A stretch of DNA of 64,000 bases from contig CAZEII010000001.1 of NCBI GenBank assembly GCA_964511835.1, forward strand, positions 52,957 to 116,956. The letters are read 5' to 3'. Below, piece after piece: positions 27,084 through 34,576 of the stretch; position 1 is the first letter of the stretch, and each line of letters starts with the position of its first letter. The notes under the pieces are model-generated. The model did not search any database. It was not told the origin of the DNA and was given only the letters and a program-made list of their open reading frames with translations. The position numbers and the translations under genes are program-made. Origin of the DNA: an uncultured Acidobacteriota bacterium (GTDB taxonomy: Bacteria > Acidobacteriota > Polarisedimenticolia > Polarisedimenticolales > DASRJG01).

Positions 27084-27847
27084 GTCGTTTCGCGCGAGGG
27101 CTGCTGGCGGCGGCGTTCGTGCTCGGCGCTCTCTCACGTGAGACTCGCGCCGAGAGCCCCGAGGATGCTTTCGACGCGGCCTGTCGCGCCTACGAACAGG
27201 GACACTGGGACGCGGCCGCGGAAGGATTTCAGAGCCTGCTGCGGTACGGATTCGCGGACGCCCGTCTGGAGTACAACCTCGCGAACGCCGAGTACAAGCG
27301 CGGGCGCGTCGGTGAGGCGATCCTCCACTACGAGAGGGCGCGCCGCCTGGCTCCCGCCGATCGCGATATCGCGGCGAACTTGGCTCTCGCGCGCGGCAAG
27401 ATCCGCGACGTGGTCGAGGACGACGACCCGGGGGGCACGCTCCATCTGCTGCGCGACGCGCAGGACCGGATCGGAGTCGAAGCGCAGGCCGGACTCGTTC
27501 TCGTCGGAGTCTGGTTGATCGCCGGGATCGTGACCTGGTGCGGGTCGCGCCCCGGGGGATTCACGCCCGCGTGGGGATGGACCTTGGCGGCAACGATCCT
27601 CGCCACGGTGACCGTCTTCCTCTCGTGGCGCGCGAGCTGGTCGCGCCTCGAAGGCACGCCTCGCGCGGTCGTGCTCAAGCCGGCGGTCGACGCACTGGCC
27701 GGCCCCGGCCTGAACAACGCTTCCCTTTTCACGCTCCACGAGGGAACGGCGGTGACGATCCAGAGCGAACGGGAGGGATGGCTGCAGGTGAGTCTCCCGA
27801 ACGGCCTGACCGGGTGGGTGGTGCGCGATGCCGCTGAGCGGATCTGA
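27080..27847 (+). CDS. batE: BatE-like TPR + SH3b protein
   Basis: Track ORF 26393..27847. Start at ATG 27080 (ATGA overlap). It has a signal peptide, a TPR (EYNLANAEYKRGRVGEAILHYERARRLAP), TM helices, and a C-terminal SH3b-like EGWLQVSLPNGLTGWV. Confidence 0.7.
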   Translation: MSRFARGLLAAAFVLGALSRETRAESPEDAFDAACRAYEQGHWDAAAEGFQSLLRYGFADARLEYNLANAEYKRGRVGEAILHYERARRLAPADRDIAANLALARGKIRDVVEDDDPGGTLHLLRDAQDRIGVEAQAGLVLVGVWLIAGIVTWCGSRPGGFTPAWGWTLAATILATVTVFLSWRASWSRLEGTPRAVVLKPAVDALAGPGLNNASLFTLHEGTAVTIQSEREGWLQVSLPNGLTGWVVRDAAERI

Positions 27848-29012
27848 GCTCCCCGCCGACCGCCGGATATCCGCCCTCCTCGGGATCTACCTCCACTTCC
27901 CGTTTTGCTCGGTCCGCTGCACGTACTGCGACTTCCCGACCGTCGCAGGGCGCGATGAGCGGATCGAGGCTTACCTGGACGCCCTCGTCGCGGAGATCGG
28001 CTCGTTGCAACCCGAGGCTCGGGGGGCGGCCGACACGGTCTTCTTCGGCGGCGGAACGCCGTCCCGCATGAGCGCGTCCCAGGCGGAGCGCGTGCTCGAC
28101 GCGGTTCGCGGACGGTTCGATCTGTCCCAGGACGCCGAGATCACGCTCGAGGGGAACCCCGAGTCGTTGACGGAGGAGTCGCTCGCGGGATTTCGCCGCG
28201 CCGGAATCACGCGACTCTCCGTCGGCGTGCAATCGTTCGACGACGCGGTGCTCCGGAGGGTCGGACGGGCGCACGACGGGGAGGGGGCAAAAGAGGCCGT
28301 TCTCCGGGCGCGCGCCGCGGGTTTCCACGACGTCTCGCTCGATCTCATCGCCGGACTTCCGGGCGAAGACTTGGCGCGATGGCCCGGCACGCTCGCCCAG
28401 GCCGTCGCGCTCGAACCGGACCACATCTCGGTTTACTTGCTGGAATCCGACAAGGACACGCCGCTCGGGAGATCCGTGCGCTCGGGGCGGCTTCGGCTCG
28501 AAGGGGACGATGCATTGGCGGATGCTTACGCCCGAACCGTCGCGGTCCTCGACGCGGCCGGGTATTCGCTATACGAGATCTCAAACTTCGCTCGGCCCGG
28601 CAGACGGTCGCGGCACAACCTCAAGTATTGGACCGATGCCCCCTACGTCGGATTCGGCTTGGGCGCTCACGGATATCTCGAGGGCGCCAGGCGCTCGAAC
28701 CGCGCGGATCTCGACGGTTACATCGCGGACGCGGCGGCCGCGCGGGATCCCGTCGCCTGGCGCGAGCCGTACGATCGCGTGCGCCGCCTCGAGGAGGCGC
28801 TGTTCCTGGGACTGCGGCTGGCCGAGGGCGTCGATCTCGCCGCGCTCGGCGCGCGCTACGATGACGATACGATCCGGCGCCTGGCGGCCGCTTGGGAGCG
28901 GGCCGGCGCGGCGGGACTGATCGCGTGGGAGGGCTCCCGCGTCCGGTTGACCGCGTCCGGGCGAGCGCGGTCCAACGAGCTCTTCACGGATCTGATCGGG
29001 GAGCCGGCATGA
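27828..29012 (+). CDS. hemW: Radical SAM family heme chaperone HemW (HemN-like, oxygen-independent coproporphyrinogen oxidase family)
   Basis: 394 aa with the motif YLHFPFCSVRCTYCDF. Overlaps batE by 20 nt. Confidence 0.9.
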   Translation: MPLSGSELPADRRISALLGIYLHFPFCSVRCTYCDFPTVAGRDERIEAYLDALVAEIGSLQPEARGAADTVFFGGGTPSRMSASQAERVLDAVRGRFDLSQDAEITLEGNPESLTEESLAGFRRAGITRLSVGVQSFDDAVLRRVGRAHDGEGAKEAVLRARAAGFHDVSLDLIAGLPGEDLARWPGTLAQAVALEPDHISVYLLESDKDTPLGRSVRSGRLRLEGDDALADAYARTVAVLDAAGYSLYEISNFARPGRRSRHNLKYWTDAPYVGFGLGAHGYLEGARRSNRADLDGYIADAAAARDPVAWREPYDRVRRLEEALFLGLRLAEGVDLAALGARYDDDTIRRLAAAWERAGAAGLIAWEGSRVRLTASGRARSNELFTDLIGEPA

Positions 29013-30040
29013 GCGTGCCCGTCGACCTCCGCAGCGACACCGTGACGAAGCCGTCCGCGGCGATGCGCCGCGCGATGGCCGAGGCCGAGGTCGGCGACGA
29101 CGTCTACAAGGAAGACCCGACCGTCGCCGCGCTCCAGGAGGAGGCGGCCGCCCTCATGGCTTTCCCCGCGGCCCTGTTCATTCCGTCCGGCACGATGGGA
29201 AACCTGATCGCCGTTCAGGTGCACGCGCCGCGCGGGACCGAGGTCGTCGTCGAAGCGCAAAGCCACGCCTACAACTCGGAGCTCGGGACGATGGCGGCGC
29301 ACGGCGGCGTGTTGCCCCGAGTCGTTCGCGGCGATCGCGGCGCCCCCGACCCCGGCGAGGTCGAGGTGCTCTGCCGGACGAAGGCCTACTACTACGCGCA
29401 GGTCGCACTTGTGCTCGTCGAGAACACGCACAACTACGCGGGCGGAAGCGTGCTCCGGATGGCCCGTAAAGAGGCTCTGATCGCCGCGGCCCGGTCCCAC
29501 GCGGTTCCCGTTCATCTCGACGGAGCGCGCGTTCTCAATGCCGCGGTGGCACTCGGGCTTCCGCCGTCCCGGGTCGTCGCGGGATTCGACTCGATGGGCT
29601 TCTGCCTGTCGAAGGGCCTGGGCGCGCCGGCGGGCTCGCTCCTCTGCGGAGCTGTGGAATTCATCGAAGCGGCGCGCGTGGCGCGAAAACGGCTGGGGGG
29701 AGGAATGCGGCAGGTCGGCGTTCTTGCGGCGGCCGGCCGGATCGCGCTGCGCGACAACGTGGAGCGGCTCGCCCTCGATCACCAGCGGGCGCGCCGATTG
29801 GCGAACGCGCTGGCCGGTCTCCCAGGGCTGCGGATCGATCCCAACGAGGTCGAGACCAACATCGTCATCGCGGCGGTCGATCCTCCGGATGCCCTTCCGT
29901 CCCGGCTCGACGCCCTGCACCGAGCCGGAGTGCTCGCCGGAACGGCCGGCCACGGCCGGATCCGCTTCGTCACCCATCTCGACGTCGACGATGCCGCGCT
30001 CGATCGCGCGATCGCAGCACTCCAACGGGTCTTTGCGTAG
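29009..30040 (+). CDS. ltaE: Low-specificity L-threonine aldolase
   Basis: Track ORF 28892..30040. Start at ATG 29009 (ATGA overlap). The motif is DLRSDTVTKPSAAMRRAMAEAEVGDDVYKEDPTV, with a PLP-lysine region FCLSKGLGAP. Confidence 0.9.
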   Translation: MSVPVDLRSDTVTKPSAAMRRAMAEAEVGDDVYKEDPTVAALQEEAAALMAFPAALFIPSGTMGNLIAVQVHAPRGTEVVVEAQSHAYNSELGTMAAHGGVLPRVVRGDRGAPDPGEVEVLCRTKAYYYAQVALVLVENTHNYAGGSVLRMARKEALIAAARSHAVPVHLDGARVLNAAVALGLPPSRVVAGFDSMGFCLSKGLGAPAGSLLCGAVEFIEAARVARKRLGGGMRQVGVLAAAGRIALRDNVERLALDHQRARRLANALAGLPGLRIDPNEVETNIVIAAVDPPDALPSRLDALHRAGVLAGTAGHGRIRFVTHLDVDDAALDRAIAALQRVFA

Positions 30041-30045
30041 CTCGC

Positions 30046-30051
30046 TATAAT
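30046..30051 (+). promoter_or_regulatory. Perfect TATAAT -10 hexamer upstream of acd (no convincing -35)
   Basis: TATAAT lies 31 nt upstream of GTG 30082, with the RBS GAGGAGG between. The -35 position reads CAACGG. Confidence 0.25.
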
Positions 30052-30081
30052 CCCGGGCGTTTCCTGGTTCGAGGAGGTCCC

Positions 30082-31230
30082 GTGGATTTCTCGTTCACCG
30101 AAGAGCAGGAGCTTCTCCGCCGCTCCGTCCGCGAGTTCGCCGAGACCGAGATCGGACCGCACGTGATGCGATACGACGAGGCGCAGGAGTTCCCGTACGA
30201 GCTCGTCAAGAAGGCCGCAGGCCAGGGTTACTACGGCGTTCTCTTTCCCGAAAGCCTCGGCGGATCGGGGCTCGGATACGTCGACTACGTCATCGTCATC
30301 GAGGAGCTCTCCCGCGTCGACGGCTCGATCGGCATTTCGGCGGCGGCTCACAACTCGCTCTGCTCGAACCACGTCTTCGCGTGCGGCAACGACGCCCAGC
30401 GGACGAAGTACATCCCGAAGCTGGCGTCCGGCGAATGGATCGGCGCGTGGAGCCTCACCGAGCCGACGGCGGGGAGCGATGCCGGCGGGACCAGGACGGC
30501 CGCGAAGCCCGCTCCGGGCGGCGGATGGATCCTGAACGGCTCGAAGACCTTTACGACCCACGGCTCGGTCGCCGACCTGACGATCATCTTCGCGGTGACC
30601 GATCCGACGCTCGACAAGAAGGGGATCTCGGCGTTCGCGATCGAGAAGGGAACTCCCGGGTTCCGTCCCGGCAAGAAGGAAAACAAGATGGGACTCCGAG
30701 CCTCCGACACCGCCGAGGTGATCATGGAGGACTGCCGGGTCTCGGCGGAGGCGATGGTCGGCGCGCGCGGCGAGGGGTTCGTCGACGCGATGAAGATTCT
30801 CGACGGCGGCCGGATCTCGATCGGCGCCCTGGCGCTCGGCATGGCGCGCGGGGCGTACGACGCCGCGCTCGCGTACGCGAAGCAGCGGCACCAGTTCGGC
30901 AAGCCGATCGCCGAGTTCCAGACCGTGCAGAACATGCTGGCGGAGATGGCGACGCGCATCGACGCCGCCTCCCTGCTCATCTACCGCGCCGCCTGGCTCA
31001 AGGATCGAGGGGCCAAGACGACGCTCGAATCGTCGATGGCGAAGCTGTACGCCTCGGAGATCGGCGTCTACGTCGCCGACCGCGCGCTCCAGATCTTCGG
31101 CGGCTACGGCTACGTCAAGGACTTCCCGGTCGAGAAGTACTACCGCGACATGAAACTGTGCACCATCGGCGAGGGGACGAGCGAGATCCAGCGCCTCGTG
31201 ATCGCGCGCGAGCTCTTGAAGGCTCTCTAG
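30082..31230 (+). CDS. Acyl-CoA dehydrogenase
   Basis: 382 aa, full-length ACAD layout. N-terminus FSFTEEQELLRRSVREFAE, and C-terminal motif QIFGGYGYVKDFPVEKYYRDMKLCTIGEGTSEIQ. Confidence 0.9.
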   Translation: MDFSFTEEQELLRRSVREFAETEIGPHVMRYDEAQEFPYELVKKAAGQGYYGVLFPESLGGSGLGYVDYVIVIEELSRVDGSIGISAAAHNSLCSNHVFACGNDAQRTKYIPKLASGEWIGAWSLTEPTAGSDAGGTRTAAKPAPGGGWILNGSKTFTTHGSVADLTIIFAVTDPTLDKKGISAFAIEKGTPGFRPGKKENKMGLRASDTAEVIMEDCRVSAEAMVGARGEGFVDAMKILDGGRISIGALALGMARGAYDAALAYAKQRHQFGKPIAEFQTVQNMLAEMATRIDAASLLIYRAAWLKDRGAKTTLESSMAKLYASEIGVYVADRALQIFGGYGYVKDFPVEKYYRDMKLCTIGEGTSEIQRLVIARELLKAL

Positions 31231-32165
31231 TGGACGTCGTCGACCGGGTCGTTCGCGGCGACGTCCGGGCGCTGGCTCGCGCCATCAGCATCGTCGAAGA
31301 CGACGCGGCGGGCGCGGCGCCGCTCCTCCGAAGCGTTTTTCCCCACACCGGCGCGGCGACGGTCATCGGCGTCACCGGCTCTCCGGGCGCCGGGAAATCG
31401 ACGCTCGTCGATCGCCTCGTGGCCGCGTACCGCAAGCAGGGGAAGCGTGTGGGTGTGGTCGCCGTCGACCCGTCCAGCGCCTACTCCGGCGGCGCGATCC
31501 TCGGGGACCGGGTCCGGATGCAAGGGCACGCGACCGACGAAGGTGTTTTCATCCGCTCGATGGCCAGCCGCGGGCATCTGGGCGGGCTGGCCCGGGCGGC
31601 CTCGGACGCCGTGGATCTCATGGACGCCGCGGGCTACGACCCGGTCATCGTCGAAACGGTCGGCGTCGGCCAGGACGAGATCGAGATCGCCCGAGCGGCG
31701 GACGTCGTCGCGGTCGTGCTGGTGCCGGGAATGGGAGACGACATCCAGGCGATCAAGGCCGGGATCCTCGAGATCGCCGACGTCTTCGTCATCAACAAGG
31801 CCGACCGTCCCGGCGTCGACAAGGTGGCGGCGGACCTCGACGCGATGATGGCGTTGGCGCCGGGCGCCTCCGCGCGGCCGCCGATCTTCCGAACGATCGC
31901 GACGACCGGCGAGGGGGCGGGGGAGCTGGGGGATGGCTTGTTGGAGCAGGTCGCGACCGCCGGAGGAGAGAGGCGCGATCGCCGCCGGTGGGAGCGGGCC
32001 GAGATGCGACTTCTCGGCGTCCTGACGGAGCGGTTCGAGCGCGACGTCCGAACCCGCCTCCTTCCGGGACGCGGGTTCGACGACCTGGTCAGCGAGATCG
32101 CGGAGCGCCGCGTGGACCCCTACAGCGCGGCCGACCGGGTGCTGAAGGGAGGACCCCAGGGATGA
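31230..32165 (+). CDS. meaB: Methylmalonyl-CoA mutase-associated GTPase MeaB/ArgK
   Basis: Track ORF 30381..32165. Start at GTG 31230 shares a base with the acd TAG. The P-loop is GSPGAGKST, and the NKAD motif is INKAD. Confidence 0.9.
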   Translation: MDVVDRVVRGDVRALARAISIVEDDAAGAAPLLRSVFPHTGAATVIGVTGSPGAGKSTLVDRLVAAYRKQGKRVGVVAVDPSSAYSGGAILGDRVRMQGHATDEGVFIRSMASRGHLGGLARAASDAVDLMDAAGYDPVIVETVGVGQDEIEIARAADVVAVVLVPGMGDDIQAIKAGILEIADVFVINKADRPGVDKVAADLDAMMALAPGASARPPIFRTIATTGEGAGELGDGLLEQVATAGGERRDRRRWERAEMRLLGVLTERFERDVRTRLLPGRGFDDLVSEIAERRVDPYSAADRVLKGGPQG

Positions 32166-32878
32166 TCGTGAAGGTCGATCACGTCGGCATCGCGGTCGCC
32201 GCGCTCGAAGAGCGCTTGAGCTTCTGGCGGGACGGCCTCGGCATGACGGTCGCCGGCACCGAGAGCGTGGCGACCGAGGGCGTGCGGGTCGCGTTCCTCC
32301 CGGCCGGCGAGTCCCGCGTCGAGCTCCTCGAAGCCACGCGCACGGACTCGGCCGTCGCGAAGTTCATCGCGAAGCGTGGGGAGGGGATTCACCACATCAC
32401 GTTCCAGGTCGAGGCGATTCAGCCGGTGCTCGACCGATTGAAGGCACGAGGCGTCCAGCTTCTCGACGAGGCGCCGCGGGCCGGAGCGGGCGGCACGAAG
32501 GTCGCCTTCATCCATCCCCGCGCCGCGGGAGGCGTGCTCGTGGAGCTCGTCGAGAGACCGGCGGTGACCGGCCGTGCGGGAATCGAGCCCGGCGATGCCG
32601 TTCTCGTCTACCTTCGAGACCCGCACGAGAAGATCTGGGGCGTCCTCCGCGCACGCGACGCCTCCGGCCTCACGGTCGAGGGTCTCGACCTGGCGTCGTT
32701 CGACTCGTGGACCACCCAGGTCGAGCGCGGCGAGGAAGGGATCTCGCCCTCGGTGCTCTTTCTGCCGATGTCCCGTGTCGAGCGCGTGCTCCTTGATCGT
32801 GGAACACCGTCGCTTCCATCGCTTTCCGAAGGCTTCCTCACGCGAACCGGACGGACGGTGCAAAGCGTACTGAGTTAG
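32162..32878 (+). CDS. mce: Methylmalonyl-CoA epimerase (VOC/glyoxalase fold) with ~103-aa C-terminal extension of unknown function
   Basis: Track ORF 31988..32878. Start at ATG 32162 (ATGA overlap). Residues 1-135 (VDHVGIAV..GIHHITFQV..GGVLVELVE) form a complete epimerase. Residues 136-238 are extra. Confidence 0.85.
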   Translation: MIVKVDHVGIAVAALEERLSFWRDGLGMTVAGTESVATEGVRVAFLPAGESRVELLEATRTDSAVAKFIAKRGEGIHHITFQVEAIQPVLDRLKARGVQLLDEAPRAGAGGTKVAFIHPRAAGGVLVELVERPAVTGRAGIEPGDAVLVYLRDPHEKIWGVLRARDASGLTVEGLDLASFDSWTTQVERGEEGISPSVLFLPMSRVERVLLDRGTPSLPSLSEGFLTRTGRTVQSVLS

Positions 32879-34440
32879 GCCGCGAAGGGAACCACGCGAT
32901 CGCGGCCGGCCCGCTTCGCCTGATAGAGCGCCTGGTCGGCGCGCAAGAGCAGCCGCTTGACGTCGCCGGCGTCGTGCTCCGGATACGACGCGATCCCGAT
33001 CGAGACCGTCGTCCGGAGCGTGGCCCCATCGACGTCGACGACCAGGGAGGCGAGGTCGCGGCGCAGCCGCTCTGCGATCAGCCGAGCGCCCGCGAGGTCG
33101 GTCTCGGGGAGGAGCACGCAGAACTCGTCGCCTCCGTACCGACACGCGATGTCGGCCCCGCGCATGCGGGCTCGGATCGCCGCGCCGAGCGCCCGCAGAT
33201 AACGGTCCCCCGCGAGATGCCCTTGCCGGTCGTTGATCTCCTTGAAGCCGTCGAGGTCGATCATCAAGAGCGAGAAGGCGCCCGCGTAGCGCTTGGCGCG
33301 CGCGTACTCCTCCTCGAACCGCCCAAAGAAATCGTCGCGAAGGTGGAGGCCGGTCAGCGAATCGACGGTGGCGAGCCGGTAGTTCCTCGCGTTTTCGAGC
33401 GCGACGGCCGCCTGCTGCGCGATCGTCGCGAGCACCGACAGCTGGTGGTCCTCGTAGGCCGCGGGACGCCGGCTCTGGACCGAGAGGACGCCGACCACCC
33501 GCTCGGCGACCAGAAGAGGCACGGCCAGGACGGATCTCACCGCGGCGTCGATCTTGTGAGGGCGAAACGGGAGCCCGGACGCGGCCGACGCATCGTCGAT
33601 CCGCAGCGGACGCTTCTCACGGACGATCCACGACGCGAGATCGTCGCCGACCGGGCGGAGCGTTTCCTTCGGCGAAGCCCGGCTCGAGCCCCGGTAGGTG
33701 ATGTGGATCTCGCTCGTGTCGCGGTCGACCACGCCGATGAACAGGAAGTCGATCTCGAAGATCTTGCGGCACTCGCGCTCGACGATCGCGAAGATGCGCT
33801 CTGGATCCAGGGTGGCCTGGATCTCGCGGCCGATCGCGTGGATGGTCGAGATCTCGGCGACCCGGGTGGCCAGCGCACCCTGGGCCTCGTCGGCGCGCCG
33901 ATGGTCGCGCGCCCAGGACGAGAGCGCGTAGGCGGCCCCCAGAACGGCGAGGACCGCGTACGCAAACGACCAGGCGTCGTCCGCACGAATCGGGGCTGCG
34001 AGCACCATGGCGGCCACCACGTTGGAAACCTCGAAGCCTTCTCTCGCCCCGGGGGATCGCCGAGCGCCGGAGACCGCGTCGACGGCGAGCACGGCCAGCA
34101 CCATCGAGCCGTAGAGGATGGTCGCTCCGGCGAGCGGCGGGAGCGAGCCGACCTCGAGCGCCCCCACCTGCAGTGCTGCAGCTGCGACCAGCCCCGGCAG
34201 CAGCGGATCGCGGCTGACGGCCAGCCCGGCGAGCGCGACCACCAGCGCGAAAGGCGGGGGGAGAGCCAGGGCGGCAGCGATCGCGAAGCTCGACGTCAAG
34301 CGCACCGGCCTTGGGCCACCCTTCGTGCTCGACGAGATCCATCCAGCGACGGCGGCGGCACCCATGAGCGTCAATGCAAACAGAATCGCATCGATATGTA
34401 CGCTCACGGTTCTACACAGACCTGTCCCCCGGGTTCGCAT
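32875..34440 (-). CDS. Membrane-anchored GAF + GGDEF diguanylate cyclase
   Basis: The active site is RYGGDEFCVLL. A GAF-like region lies upstream, and ~6 hydrophobic helices are at the N-terminus. Start uncertain: ATG 34440 or GTG 34407. The track start at 34578 is rejected. Confidence 0.85.
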   Translation of the reverse strand: MRTRGTGLCRTVSVHIDAILFALTLMGAAAVAGWISSSTKGGPRPVRLTSSFAIAAALALPPPFALVVALAGLAVSRDPLLPGLVAAAALQVGALEVGSLPPLAGATILYGSMVLAVLAVDAVSGARRSPGAREGFEVSNVVAAMVLAAPIRADDAWSFAYAVLAVLGAAYALSSWARDHRRADEAQGALATRVAEISTIHAIGREIQATLDPERIFAIVERECRKIFEIDFLFIGVVDRDTSEIHITYRGSSRASPKETLRPVGDDLASWIVREKRPLRIDDASAASGLPFRPHKIDAAVRSVLAVPLLVAERVVGVLSVQSRRPAAYEDHQLSVLATIAQQAAVALENARNYRLATVDSLTGLHLRDDFFGRFEEEYARAKRYAGAFSLLMIDLDGFKEINDRQGHLAGDRYLRALGAAIRARMRGADIACRYGGDEFCVLLPETDLAGARLIAERLRRDLASLVVDVDGATLRTTVSIGIASYPEHDAGDVKRLLLRADQALYQAKRAGRDRVVPFAA

Positions 34441-34478
34441 GAAAACTACGGTGATTTCGACTAGATGCAACGCCGTCA

Positions 34479-34502
34479 ATGCCGACAGCGCGTTGTCGGC
34501 AT
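34479..34502. promoter_or_regulatory. Palindrome ATGCCGACA-N6-TGTCGGCAT in the divergent DGC / yyaL-like control region (possible operator)
   Basis: 9-bp perfect arms were read in the sequence. It lies 11 nt upstream of the -35 element of the + strand promoter. Confidence 0.3.
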
Positions 34503-34512
34503 CGACCACGCC

Positions 34513-34541
34513 TTGACGCTCCCTACGGGCGCCCAGATAAT
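34513..34541 (+). promoter_or_regulatory. Sigma70-type promoter candidate TTGACG-N17-GATAAT for the yyaL-like/mtnP block
   Basis: The -35 is at 34513-34518 and the -10 at 34536-34541. ATG 34577 is preceded by GGAG. Confidence 0.45.
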
Positions 34542-34576
34542 GGATTCTTCGCGTTGCGCCCAATCCTGGAGACGAC

